This document shows positions 15,833-25,635 of a stretch of DNA of 32,000 bases, piece after piece. The notes below the pieces were generated by a model, which saw only the letters and a program-made list of their open reading frames with translations, ran no database searches and was not told the DNA's origin. A program made the position numbers and the translations under genes. The DNA is from an uncultured archaeon (GTDB lineage Archaea > Asgardarchaeota > Thorarchaeia > Thorarchaeales > Thorarchaeaceae). The DNA is taken from the NCBI GenBank assembly GCA_964354495.1, contig CAYHAA010000020.1:12762-44761 (forward strand), in the 5' to 3' direction. How positions within the stretch are numbered: the first letter of the stretch is position 1; the number at the start of each line of letters is the position of its first letter.

Positions 15833-17788
15833 CTGCCAAGAGAAAAACACAGTCGCAGGAAGTTCCGAAGAGGACATGCACCCTACTTGACCAAGATTCG
15901 GTTCTACTGGTGCGACTCATGCAACGTACCAAGAATCGCAGAGACAGAGTGCAGCACCTGTGGTACGCTACCAAGGCAGGTAGAGCTGTCACCGCCAGGG
16001 GACCCGTTTCCAGCGATGGATGGCCACCTCAAGAGGGCAATAGACACGATTGACTCTCAGTTCGGAGATGGTGTGGGACTTGTTTTGCTTCCTACAAGCA
16101 AGACGATAGTGATGAATAAGGTGTCCTCGCTGGATGCTATGTATGAGATCATTGTGGACGGATACTTGGTTGGCAGATTACGATTTGATATTGAAAAACA
16201 CGGATACACCTTTCTCCTTGCTATTGAAGGAGCTCGTAGAATCGGTGCAGTCAGTAGGCAGAAGTGGGTCTCTATCCATGACGGTGTTCTGAAATATCTG
16301 AGAGATGGAGCGAATCTGATGCTCCCTGGTGTACAGGGCTGTGACTCAGGGATAGAGGTGGATGACGAAGTCTGGATTGTCGGCTCAGATGGTGTTGTCC
16401 TCGGCAATGGCATTGCACGAATGAGCGGTGCTGAAATGGCGAAAGAGAGCAAAGGATTCGCAGTCAAGATTCGCGAGGTTTCCAATCCTACCCCTCCGGC
16501 AGAGAATACAGTCGAATCGACGTGGGATGATGCTGTCGCGGCGAATCTGAATAATCTTGTCAGAATCGAGGAAGAGGCCGTTTCTTTTGTCAGACGTGTC
16601 GTCGAAAAGAACAAGGGTCTTCCTGTTGTTGTAGGCTTTAGCGGAGGAAAAGACTCTCTCGTAACCTATCTTGTCGTGGAGAGAGCAATAGGAGAGAGCC
16701 CCCCACTCTTCTTCATGGATACAGGCCTTGAGCTCCCTGAAACCATCGAATTCATTCGCAGGTTCGCAGAGGGGCGAAATGTACGAATCATTGGCGAGAA
16801 GGCTGGAGACCGATTCTGGCAATCTTTGGACGTCTTCGGTCCGCCGGCCAGAGACTTTCGTTGGTGCTGCAAGGTTCTCAAACTGGGGCCAGCAGCCACA
16901 TCAATTGCTGCAGAGCTCGGTAGCGAGACCCTCTCCTTCATGGGTCAGAGAAAGATGGAGTCTTTCCAGAGATCCGTAGAACCCAGAGTCACAGAGAATC
17001 CGTGGGTTCCTGGGCAGATTTCAGCCAACCCGATACAGAATTGGAACGCTCTTGAGGTATGGCTGTACACATTCAAGATGAGGGCTGACTTCAACCCGCT
17101 CTATACCAAGGGCTATCACAGAATGGGCTGCTACTTATGTCCTGCATCGCCGCTTGCTGAACTGGAGAGTCTACGTCAGACCCATCCTGAGCTCTACAAG
17201 CAGTGGGATGAGAAGATGAGAGAGTGGGCTGGGCGGTACGGTTTTCCAGAGGACTGGTTTGAGCTAGGGTTTTGGCGCTGGAAGAACCTGCCAAAGGGGC
17301 AGCTCGAACTTATCAACCGACTTGGCTTGAGTATCACTCCCGCACGACAGAGCCCTGGAGAGAAAATCGAGCTCAACATCACAAAAGGAGTATCCCCATG
17401 CACCAAATCTGGTTTCAGTCTTGAAGGCTCCTTCTCAGCTGGTATTGATCTTAGCAGAATTTCAAAAATCATGCCCATATTCGGGAGTACGAAGGTCTCT
17501 GAGGAACTTGGCGCCCTTCGAACAACATCTGGAGAGAACCATATTGCGTTCTTTAGCTCTGGTTCTGTGGTCGTGCGTGGCCCCGATGAGCGTACTGTGG
17601 AATGTCTTGCTAAGCAATTGGAGCGTGCGACTCGGAGGGCTCTTCTCTGTCAAGCATGCGGTTCCTGTATCCCACAGTGTGACCAGGGTGCTCTATATCA
17701 TGATAACGGAAAGATTGCCGTGGACGAAGACAAGTGCATTAACTGCCTTGAGTGCGACAAATGGCCTTGCCCTACATATCTGACTTAG
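15833..17788 (+). CDS. PAPS-reductase-family protein with N-terminal Zn ribbon, PUA domain and C-terminal 4Fe-4S dicluster domain
   Basis: WCDSC..ECSTC; DGANLMLPGV PUA; FSGGKDS PP-loop; RWCCKVLK; RMGCYLCP; CQACGSCIPQC and CINCLEC. Start uncertain (CTG 15833 or TTG 15887). Confidence 0.88.
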   Translation: MPREKHSRRKFRRGHAPYLTKIRFYWCDSCNVPRIAETECSTCGTLPRQVELSPPGDPFPAMDGHLKRAIDTIDSQFGDGVGLVLLPTSKTIVMNKVSSLDAMYEIIVDGYLVGRLRFDIEKHGYTFLLAIEGARRIGAVSRQKWVSIHDGVLKYLRDGANLMLPGVQGCDSGIEVDDEVWIVGSDGVVLGNGIARMSGAEMAKESKGFAVKIREVSNPTPPAENTVESTWDDAVAANLNNLVRIEEEAVSFVRRVVEKNKGLPVVVGFSGGKDSLVTYLVVERAIGESPPLFFMDTGLELPETIEFIRRFAEGRNVRIIGEKAGDRFWQSLDVFGPPARDFRWCCKVLKLGPAATSIAAELGSETLSFMGQRKMESFQRSVEPRVTENPWVPGQISANPIQNWNALEVWLYTFKMRADFNPLYTKGYHRMGCYLCPASPLAELESLRQTHPELYKQWDEKMREWAGRYGFPEDWFELGFWRWKNLPKGQLELINRLGLSITPARQSPGEKIELNITKGVSPCTKSGFSLEGSFSAGIDLSRISKIMPIFGSTKVSEELGALRTTSGENHIAFFSSGSVVVRGPDERTVECLAKQLERATRRALLCQACGSCIPQCDQGALYHDNGKIAVDEDKCINCLECDKWPCPTYLT

Positions 17789-17792
17789 TCTG

Positions 17793-18824
17793 CTACGGAG
17801 AAGAGGGAAACCGTTTCTTCCACCGTCTTGTTAGGCTACTGCACGTCATCAACTCTGGGTCTGCGTCCTTTATGATTCTCAGAAGTGCTTTGTATGCCTC
17901 ATGATGTCTAGGATGCCCGAAGTCCTCTTGGTCCGGATGGAGGATGAAAGTTGCGAGGCCTCCCTGCGATTTGATGTAGTCCATCTTTTTCTTCAAGACT
18001 CGCAATATACTCTCCTCTGAGAGCTTGTAGTAGTACAGTAGTGTCCAATCTTGAGGCATTGACACAGGTATTTCTACGATGGTACTACGTTTCCATACCC
18101 CGTCCTCCTTATACATCGGGTAGAATGGAAAGACTGTCCTACTGCCCGTGGAGGCATAACCAATAGTGGAGTCGTCCGTGTCCGGGAATGAAGAATCCCA
18201 TTCAAATCCTGCTTCACTAAGATGGCGAATCATCATCTTGGTTCTGTGAAGCCAGGGTGCTCTATAGCCAAGCGAGGGCAAACCAAGTTCCTTCCCCCGC
18301 ATCGCTGATTTGAAAATTCGGGCTCTCTGTTCCTCATCAGAGAGAAAGGCGAATTTCCCATCGTGATGGAGTCCGTGCATACCTACGTCAAAGCCATCTC
18401 GCAGAAGCGATGCAATGAGGTCCTGGTCCAATTCATACTCAAGGGAGCTGGGCACTATGTTGAACGTAGAAACCATGTCCTCTGCCCGTTCAATCTCAAC
18501 AAACTTCGACAGACCGTACTCATACCCCTCTCTTGTATCGACATCATGAGTCATTATCACTCCGAAGTCCTTCTGCCAGAACTCGCGTTTCTCCTCAGTC
18601 GAAGGGTCCAATCTGTCAGCTAGATCGTCAATAGGAAAGGTCCTTCTCTTTGGTGCATCTGATGACTTGGGTCTTATCAGGGAAAGAAGCGACACAAATG
18701 AATCTCGTATCTGATATGGAATATATTCTACCAGCCTGAAGCCTACTCCGAGTTGCAGCACGGCTGGCGGTCGATAGTCTATGTCTAGTTCATTCCTGAA
18801 GTAGTCGCTCTTAGTAATCTTCAA
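17793..18824 (-). CDS. Polysaccharide deacetylase family protein
   Basis: MTHDVD, GMHGLHH, GYRAPW, WDSS, EIPVSMPQD and ILHP NodB-type motifs; TTG start with GGTGA SD. Confidence 0.8.
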   Translation of the reverse strand: MKITKSDYFRNELDIDYRPPAVLQLGVGFRLVEYIPYQIRDSFVSLLSLIRPKSSDAPKRRTFPIDDLADRLDPSTEEKREFWQKDFGVIMTHDVDTREGYEYGLSKFVEIERAEDMVSTFNIVPSSLEYELDQDLIASLLRDGFDVGMHGLHHDGKFAFLSDEEQRARIFKSAMRGKELGLPSLGYRAPWLHRTKMMIRHLSEAGFEWDSSFPDTDDSTIGYASTGSRTVFPFYPMYKEDGVWKRSTIVEIPVSMPQDWTLLYYYKLSEESILRVLKKKMDYIKSQGGLATFILHPDQEDFGHPRHHEAYKALLRIIKDADPELMTCSSLTRRWKKRFPSSP

Positions 18825-18841
18825 TATTCACTCACCGTTGA

Positions 18842-20335
18842 TCAGGAGGAGTACTTCATCCAGTGACCATATCTGGAGAGCCAACCATTTATCACCATGC
18901 TCACTTTTGTACGAGTTCCTCCCCAAGTGCTGTTCGCAAGGTCGAACCACCAAGACCCCATCTGCTCCAGGTTCGCTGCACGTTCCGGAGCAATGGCAAA
19001 CAGCGTGATAACGAAAGTTCTCTCGCGGACCATGTCCCAGAGTTCATCTCTGTCTTCGAACATGAAGATCACATGGTTATCTTGTTTCGAAGAAGGCCCC
19101 TTGGGAGTCCGGAATGAGGTCTTGGCATACGCTTCTTCGAGGACCGGGTCCGTCAGTGTCCAGTCTTCGATCCGGAGATAACCCACGAGTTCAATGAGCA
19201 TATTCTTGAGTATGTCGCGTTTTTCCTTGTCTGTATACTTTTTGATGTATTCGTTATCTTGTCGGAGCACTCTTGCTGGGACTCCGGCTGCCAGGCTACG
19301 AGCAGGGATGTCACGATTGATCACAGACCCTGCACCTATCGTTGCCTGCTTCCCAATGTGGACATTTGGAAGGACAAAGACACGCCACGGGAACCACACA
19401 CCATCTTCAATGGTAATGGGCCCGAAGGCAACTGGGAATCCCTCAAGCACAGGTTGCCATGTTCCGTGTGTGAAGAGAAAGTTAGAGCCACCGATCCCCA
19501 CCCTCTTTCCAATCTTGATCGGATGAGTCGGATTGATGACGCTCTGTGCGAATATCATAGAGAGGTCTCCAATCTCTATGATTGACTTGTCCGTCTTTAG
19601 TCCTCCAATATACACCTGTTCTTGGATTGTGACCTCTTCACCAATGACGACCTTGTGAGTGTCAATGATGACCAGCATTCCAAGCTTTGAATAGCGTCCA
19701 AGCCTGAACTCATTTGCCCGAATCATGTTCGCCATACCAATCTCAGCATGGTCGCCAATGATGATCTTCTTGCAGTCGAGTATGGACAGGGGGCCGATGG
19801 TCACACCGTTGCCAATCTCCGCTCCCTTCCGTCGGTAGTATGCAATCTTCAGACTAGATGGAAGCAGACCTATCGTTGCCATCTTTCCTAGAGGCATCTC
19901 AAACAGATTTGGGTCTCCTGGGTGCGTACGGACCATAAGGATAGGTCCGAAAAACATCACAAGGAGAACAAGTCCGCGGAGGCCTCCTGTGAATAGATTG
20001 TAGTCTTGAACCAAGACGTCGAGACTCAGCAAATAGTGTCTGAAAAGCACGTCAAAGACGATGAAGAAGACAAACCAGAGGAGGCCCACGGCAAGCATTC
20101 GACTTCTCTTGTACCTTGGAACAAGTCTCTTGAAGGCAATGTATGCAACAACGATTAGGAGAAGGAATAGCAGAAGACTGCCAAGCACGTATGATGTGGC
20201 AACGTCCAACAGAATCGAAATGTACGTAGCCCAAATCCAATCAAAGAGAACAGTCACAACTGGAACGAATACCCAGGCTACGATTGCATATGACTTGCTG
20301 TTTTCGATGAACTCTTCCACATCATGGTCCTCCAT
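18842..20335 (-). CDS. Hexapeptide-repeat (LbH) acyltransferase fused to an N-terminal membrane domain
   Basis: First about 140 aa hold about 4 TM segments; then GAEIGNGVTIG repeats and FLFTHG...GPITIEDGVWF..RVFVLPNVHIG..ATIGAGSVI.RDIP...LAAGVPARV. Confidence 0.85.
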   Translation of the reverse strand: MEDHDVEEFIENSKSYAIVAWVFVPVVTVLFDWIWATYISILLDVATSYVLGSLLLFLLLIVVAYIAFKRLVPRYKRSRMLAVGLLWFVFFIVFDVLFRHYLLSLDVLVQDYNLFTGGLRGLVLLVMFFGPILMVRTHPGDPNLFEMPLGKMATIGLLPSSLKIAYYRRKGAEIGNGVTIGPLSILDCKKIIIGDHAEIGMANMIRANEFRLGRYSKLGMLVIIDTHKVVIGEEVTIQEQVYIGGLKTDKSIIEIGDLSMIFAQSVINPTHPIKIGKRVGIGGSNFLFTHGTWQPVLEGFPVAFGPITIEDGVWFPWRVFVLPNVHIGKQATIGAGSVINRDIPARSLAAGVPARVLRQDNEYIKKYTDKEKRDILKNMLIELVGYLRIEDWTLTDPVLEEAYAKTSFRTPKGPSSKQDNHVIFMFEDRDELWDMVRERTFVITLFAIAPERAANLEQMGSWWFDLANSTWGGTRTKVSMVINGWLSRYGHWMKYSS

Positions 20336-20483
20336 CTTCAAGAAGACTGCTAAAGCACAGCCGGCAGTTGATTGTATTGTCGTCGAACCCTATGTGGTAT
20401 ATTACACTTGTCATGTCTGTGTGTTTATGGTCCAGCAAAGGTAATATAGCAGGTTCGTGCGTTCTCACTCAGATGGCCACCGA

Positions 20484-21848
20484 ATGCTCTCAGCAATCAG
20501 TCTAAGCATTTACGAGCACAGAAAGTACCTTGTGCTCAGCCTAGTCATCTCCATGATTGCGATACCAATCGCTGATGTATTGGTGATTCAACGGGACCGG
20601 AACCGGAGCGAGATGTACGGCGAAGCCTTCTGGATATACGGTTTTGCGGTCTACAACATGAATGACACAGAACTTGCTGCAGACCTCCGCACAAATCATG
20701 GTCTCGACTTTGATGAGAATCTCTATACACTTCCTGGTTATCTCGGTGGTGTAGAATACGAGTATCCTGTCTTTGGCTTCATCTTCTTTGCCATAGCTAC
20801 ATGGCTGTTTCCGGGGTGTGGTGCCAACAGTCTGCAGCCATTATGGCTGAACTTCCTCCTAGTATTAGTCTTCAACTTGAATCTAGTTCTATTAACAATC
20901 CTTCTTGGTGACAAGCTGCGAATTGCAAAATGGGCGCGCTATTTCTTCGGGGCTTATTTTGTCTACGGCCTATCAATGGCTGCAGGCGGCGGAAAGCTTG
21001 AACCTGTCATAGAATGTCTTCTTTTGATATCATTCGTCCTCTGGAAGGAGAATCAACATGGTAAGTCCATGTTCGCCCTCGGTCTATCTGTTCAGACTAA
21101 ACTATACTCGATTGTTGCATTTCCGATTCTATTCCTAGGGAATCCAATATCTGCTGTCTGGTTCTTCTTATCACTGTTCTTGACAATTGTACCTGCCTTC
21201 TTTGGAGTAAGGTTCGAGTCTCTGATTTCCCATCTGTTGAACACATCCAGCTACAGCTCATTCATAGTCAATCCCCTATGGCCTGGCTTTACCATCGCCA
21301 CGCCGGATCTCAACAGCCCTATGGTTCCAACAGCTATGTACATGTGGCCTCCTGCTCTAATCCCAATCATAATCTACGTATCTTTCATGTTACTCACTAT
21401 TCGTGACTATTTGCCCAAGAGAACAGATTTCGATGGATGTTCAATTAAGGAGAAACTAATCCGCCTTGTGCCACTCTATCTCTACCTCATTCCAAGCATC
21501 TTGTTTGTATTTCGATGGATTATGCCGTGGTATCTGTTTTGGTTTGCTCCATTGATAGTACTCTTCAAGAAAGATAAGCTGGCAGTCGGATATTTGCGAC
21601 AGGTCACACTAGTGGGTCTTCTATACCTGCTCGGTATTGCAGTCAATTGGCCCTACTTCATCGCAGGTCCTTTGCCATCTTTCATGGAGCACTTCCCAGC
21701 AAGCATGGCAGAAACGATTGGGGGTCTGATTCTGCTTGTTATCTCAACCTGTGTTGCTTACTTCCTCTGGAAGATAGAGATTGAACGAAGGGAGAAGAAA
21801 GCAATCCTGCTGAGGGATGCGGAGGCGCGGGGCGAGCTCATCATCTAG
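20484..21848 (+). CDS. Polytopic membrane protein, GT-C fold-like (GT87/DUF2029-like)
   Basis: About 10 hydrophobic segments; early extracytoplasmic loop ending EYEYP; K-x-Y motif (QTKLYS) and PWY..W..P motif as in GT87-like proteins. Family assignment is tentative. Confidence 0.55.
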   Translation: MLSAISLSIYEHRKYLVLSLVISMIAIPIADVLVIQRDRNRSEMYGEAFWIYGFAVYNMNDTELAADLRTNHGLDFDENLYTLPGYLGGVEYEYPVFGFIFFAIATWLFPGCGANSLQPLWLNFLLVLVFNLNLVLLTILLGDKLRIAKWARYFFGAYFVYGLSMAAGGGKLEPVIECLLLISFVLWKENQHGKSMFALGLSVQTKLYSIVAFPILFLGNPISAVWFFLSLFLTIVPAFFGVRFESLISHLLNTSSYSSFIVNPLWPGFTIATPDLNSPMVPTAMYMWPPALIPIIIYVSFMLLTIRDYLPKRTDFDGCSIKEKLIRLVPLYLYLIPSILFVFRWIMPWYLFWFAPLIVLFKKDKLAVGYLRQVTLVGLLYLLGIAVNWPYFIAGPLPSFMEHFPASMAETIGGLILLVISTCVAYFLWKIEIERREKKAILLRDAEARGELII

Positions 21849-21852
21849 CAGC

Positions 21853-22314
21853 TCATTTGGCTCTGCCGTTGTCTCTATAGAACTCGATTATCCGTTTTCG
21901 AATCATTGTGGAAGAATAGAGGCCATCGGCTGTCGTCTTCTCCAGTCTCACAATCTTGGTGTGAAGTCCCGCCTCTATGATTCGGTTCTCAAGCCTCTCA
22001 AGGTCTGTATATTGATCATATCCGAGGGCGACGATGTCTGGTCTTGTCTGAATGACAATCTCAGCGTGGTCTTCTGTATCAAGGCCAATCACGGCTCTGT
22101 CGACAATTCCCAAGGCCTCAACCAGTCTGCGTCTCTGTTCCTGAGGGAAGACTGGCGGGGCTCCTCGCTCCTTCTCAATTATTTTATCAAGAGCGATAAT
22201 CACAATGAGCTCCCCATCGTTTCCTGCAAGCTGCCTTGCCTGCTCTAGGTAGGCAAGATGTCCAAGATGAAGAATGTCAAACTTGCCCGCCGCAAGAACT
22301 CGCTTACCCGTCAC
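21853..22314 (-). CDS. ribL: Archaeal FAD synthase (cytidylyltransferase-like fold)
   Basis: GKFDILHLGH (HxGH), P.FPQEQRR.LVEAL..VD.A.IG, PDIVALGYDQ and SST.I. Confidence 0.8.
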   Translation of the reverse strand: MTGKRVLAAGKFDILHLGHLAYLEQARQLAGNDGELIVIIALDKIIEKERGAPPVFPQEQRRRLVEALGIVDRAVIGLDTEDHAEIVIQTRPDIVALGYDQYTDLERLENRIIEAGLHTKIVRLEKTTADGLYSSTMIRKRIIEFYRDNGRAK

Positions 22315-22341
22315 TGTGCTCGCACCCGTCGCTACTTCGAA

Positions 22342-22602
22342 TCAATCCTCATCGACTGCAAGGAACTCTGTTCCTTCAGTGATTACCTCAATCCTGCGCT
22401 TGGTCTTCGTAATCTGACCCACATGGATGAGTCCATTGATTTCAAGTTGGAGGAGAGCTGCGTTTAGTTCTGCCTCGCTTGGCTCCACTCCGAGTTCCTT
22501 CTTCAACGCCCGGATTAATTCATCATCGAGGATGACCCCGTGGCGCTTCTGTATAATCGAAACGACTAGATTCGTCATGGGTAGTGCATTCCATGGTGCC
22601 AT
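22342..22602 (-). CDS. Small conserved archaeal protein, probable winged helix
   Basis: 86 aa; ELNAALLQLEINGLIHV wHTH-like segment; co-oriented directly downstream of cdc48. Confidence 0.7.
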   Translation of the reverse strand: MAPWNALPMTNLVVSIIQKRHGVILDDELIRALKKELGVEPSEAELNAALLQLEINGLIHVGQITKTKRRIEVITEGTEFLAVDED

Positions 22603-22621
22603 ACATTATCACTGTCCCTTA

Positions 22622-24823
22622 TCATCCGTACATAGATTGTGTTCCTGGTTCCGCCTCAACACTCCTTCGAAGAACCTGGTCAAGTTTCCTGAATCGTTCC
22701 AGCATCTCTTTGGTTGTTGAGGCATGAACATCTTTCACAGCTGCCTCAAAATGCTTCCAGCTCACTTTCTTAATTTCCATGTCATCTCGAAGAGCCCGCA
22801 TCCCCGCCTCTCTGCAAATGGCCTCAATGTCGCCTCCGACGAAATATTCGGTGAGCTCCACGAGCTTATTGACGGAAACGTCGTCGTCAAGTGGCATGTT
22901 GGCCATATAAATATCGAAGATTGCCTTCCTGCTCTTTGCATCCGGTGCATCAACATTCACGAATCTATCAAACCTACCAGTTCGAAGAAGCGCCTTGTCA
23001 ATCAACTCTGGGCGATTTGTAGCTGCAATGACCACGACATCTTTCATTGACTCAAGGCCATCCATCTCAGTGAGAAGTTGGCTGATGACTCTCTCAGAGT
23101 GGTGGAAGTCTCCTGACTCACCACCTCGTGCGGGTGCAATTGCATCAATCTCATCGAAGAATATGATGCACGGTGAAGCAGTTCTTGCCTTACGGAAAAT
23201 CTCTCTGACGGCCTTCTCGCTCTCGCCCACCCATTTTGAGATGAGCTCGGGTCCCTTCACACTGATGAAGTTCGCTTCGCTCTCTGTGGCAACAGCTCTG
23301 GCAAGCAGGGTTTTTCCACAGCCGGGAGGACCATAGATTAACACGCCCTTTGGGGGATTGATACCCAACCGACGAAATGCGTCAGGTCTCTTGAGCGGCC
23401 ACTCAACGACCTCTATGAGTTCCTGAATCACCTCCTCCAGACCACCAATATCGCTCCAGAGAACATTTGGAACCTCTATGAACACCTCTCTTAGTGCTGT
23501 GGGCTGAATCTCTTTCAAAGCCCCAAGGAAATCTCCATTGTGGACCTCCAGTTGATCAAGAACATCCTGTGGTATTTCATCGTCCTCTAGGTTCATCTGA
23601 GGAAGATATCTTCTCAGTGCTTTCATTGCTGCCTCTCTGCACAAGGCCTGCAGATCCGCACCGACAAAACCATGTGTAATCTTTGCAAGCTTCTCTAGGT
23701 CGACTGTGCCATCGCCCTCTGTCGTCAGCGGCATTCCCCTTGAATGAATATGAAGGACTTCCAGTCTTCCTGTTTCGTCTGGAACTCCAATCTCGATCTC
23801 TCTGTCAAATCGACCCGGTCTTCTCAGGGCTGGATCTAGAGCATTCACTCGGTTAGTTGCGCCTATCACTACTACCTGTCCGCGGGACTTGAGTCCGTCC
23901 ATTGTAGCCAGTAGCTGTGCCACGACTCTCCGTTCGACCTCGCCCTGAACCTCTTCTCTCTTGGGCGCAATCGCATCGAGTTCATCAATGAATATGATGC
24001 TCGGAGCATTCTCTTCTGCCTCTTCAAAGAGTTTCCTGAGCTTCTGTTCTGACTCACCATAGAACTTCGACATGATCTCTGGTCCGTTAATATGCACGAA
24101 GTTGGCTTCAGATTCACTTGCTACCGCCTTTGCCAGTAGTGTCTTACCTGTTCCTGGTGGTCCATGGAGGATTAGACCACGTGGCGGATCGATTCCCAGT
24201 CTCTTGAAGATCTCTGGGTGTTTCATTGGCAGTTCAACCATCTCTCTGATTCTCTGGATCGCATCAGAGAGTCCACCAATCTCTTCGTATGTTACTGAGG
24301 AAGTACCCACCGCATCTCCAGTCGGTTTCTCAGCAATTGCCAAGATTGTAGAATGCTGCACGACCACTGTGCCTGGAGGTTTAATCGATGTGACCTTGAA
24401 GGGTATTGCTCTTCCGAGAATTGGAATGAATACAGTATCCTGCATAGTGACAGGGCAGTTGAGAAGCTTCCTCTTCACAAACTCCTCAAAACGTGGTTCG
24501 GGTCTAATTGGAACCGATGTTGGTGCGAGTGTGATACTCTTGGCCGGTTCTTCGTTTGCCCGGGACACACTTACCTTTTCGCTCAGACTGACGCCCGCGT
24601 TCCTTCGAATTCTCCCGTCCATGCGAATAATCTCATGTCCCTTGTCCCCTTGGTATGCTGGCCAGGCAATAGCGGCAGTCATTCTCTTGCCCTTGATCTG
24701 GATGATGTCTCCGGTTCTCACTGCAAGCTTTTCCATGGACATAGCATCAATTCGCACTATGAACCTGCCAATGTCTCTATGCTCTGCCTCTGCAACCTTT
24801 AGAATGATTTCGACCACTGCCAA
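22622..24823 (-). CDS. cdc48: CDC48/VAT-family AAA+ ATPase
   Basis: N domain plus two AAA modules ([26 protein letters not shown]; [23 protein letters not shown]); TTG start with GGAGGT SD; C-terminal MYG. Confidence 0.97.
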   Translation of the reverse strand: MAVVEIILKVAEAEHRDIGRFIVRIDAMSMEKLAVRTGDIIQIKGKRMTAAIAWPAYQGDKGHEIIRMDGRIRRNAGVSLSEKVSVSRANEEPAKSITLAPTSVPIRPEPRFEEFVKRKLLNCPVTMQDTVFIPILGRAIPFKVTSIKPPGTVVVQHSTILAIAEKPTGDAVGTSSVTYEEIGGLSDAIQRIREMVELPMKHPEIFKRLGIDPPRGLILHGPPGTGKTLLAKAVASESEANFVHINGPEIMSKFYGESEQKLRKLFEEAEENAPSIIFIDELDAIAPKREEVQGEVERRVVAQLLATMDGLKSRGQVVVIGATNRVNALDPALRRPGRFDREIEIGVPDETGRLEVLHIHSRGMPLTTEGDGTVDLEKLAKITHGFVGADLQALCREAAMKALRRYLPQMNLEDDEIPQDVLDQLEVHNGDFLGALKEIQPTALREVFIEVPNVLWSDIGGLEEVIQELIEVVEWPLKRPDAFRRLGINPPKGVLIYGPPGCGKTLLARAVATESEANFISVKGPELISKWVGESEKAVREIFRKARTASPCIIFFDEIDAIAPARGGESGDFHHSERVISQLLTEMDGLESMKDVVVIAATNRPELIDKALLRTGRFDRFVNVDAPDAKSRKAIFDIYMANMPLDDDVSVNKLVELTEYFVGGDIEAICREAGMRALRDDMEIKKVSWKHFEAAVKDVHASTTKEMLERFRKLDQVLRRSVEAEPGTQSMYG

Positions 24824-25015
24824 GAAGCAACCTCCAAGACCATCATTATCCTAGAAACGGGACGGAAGTAGTTACTCATTGAACTCGGCTTTTTATCCGC
24901 TATTCAATCTTTCTTTCCCTACCAATATGACCCGCTACACAAATGACACAAGTAGGAACTATGCAGATATGCTAATCTCCGCTGCAGAATCAAGAACTGG
25001 GCGAATCTTTCCCGT

Positions 25016-25282
25016 CTACATTCGTGACACTCTTTCGACTTCGACCTGTGATACGCCTTCAATGGCGCTAATGGCCTGTTCGATGTCATCAGTGCCACCC
25101 TTGGACTCCTCTCGAGCAAGATTCATCCTAAGTGCCTCCAGACCAAATGCCACTGGCTGCTTTTCAACCGCTCCAATATCAGTCCCCTGCGGAATCGCTT
25201 TCTTGATCTTCTTGAGAAGGTCATCTAGGTCTATCTCTACACCATCTGGCATGACCCTGATTGTCATCACTACTCTTGCCAT
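25016..25282 (-). CDS. ef1b: Translation elongation factor 1-beta
   Basis: V.....RVMP...EIDLD.L, EKQPVAFGL.AL, GGTD.IE.AI..IEGVSQVEVE.VSR. Confidence 0.93.
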   Translation of the reverse strand: MARVVMTIRVMPDGVEIDLDDLLKKIKKAIPQGTDIGAVEKQPVAFGLEALRMNLAREESKGGTDDIEQAISAIEGVSQVEVERVSRM

Positions 25283-25305
25283 TAGTCTTCAACTCCAATC
25301 TGTGT

Positions 25306-25482
25306 CTATGGACCCTCAAACCCACAATTGGGGCAGGTGTATCTGTTGGAAAACCGTCTGCATGATTCACAGCGCCAAATTGTGAATTCCCCACAGGCCG
25401 GGCACTGGAACTTGACGTTGCCTTCTCGCGGGGAAACTGAGGAATGACAAGAAGTACACCTAGTAGCTTTCGTACTTGCCAA
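25306..25482 (-). CDS. Zn-ribbon RNA-binding protein (DUF1610 / HVO_2753 family)
   Basis: 58 aa; CTSC...F.CP.CGE..IWRC..CR....Y.CP.CGFEGP; TTG start with GGTGAT SD; upstream of ef1b as usual in archaea. Confidence 0.9.
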   Translation of the reverse strand: MASTKATRCTSCHSSVSPREGNVKFQCPACGEFTIWRCESCRRFSNRYTCPNCGFEGP

Positions 25483-25635
25483 TTGTATCACCAGAGAGGT
25501 TTTGACTGGTACTAAGAGGTACCAGTTTTGGCCTCGATTTGACTGATTGTTATAAAGTTGTCGAAGTGTAGGCTGTCTGGAAAGGATAAAATGCTGCCAC
25601 ATCATTGTCACTGTAGACCTTTCGGAGCGGATTGG

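Noticed and set aside
15786-15890. 34-aa ORF MPTIRRPVKNNWRCSSCQEKN... with a WxCxxC motif
   Set aside because: Only one CxxC pair, no SD, and it overlaps the more plausible N-terminal extension of the PAPS-reductase-like gene in another frame.
2-24823. Inteins in atpA, hef or cdc48
   Set aside because: All three are of normal length with contiguous motifs, and no C/S...HN splice junctions are evident.
24072-24854. 260-aa plus-strand ORF (and others such as 28948-29502, 16057-16614, 4512-4874)
   Set aside because: Antisense shadows of well-supported genes, Ser/Thr/Pro-rich and without motifs.
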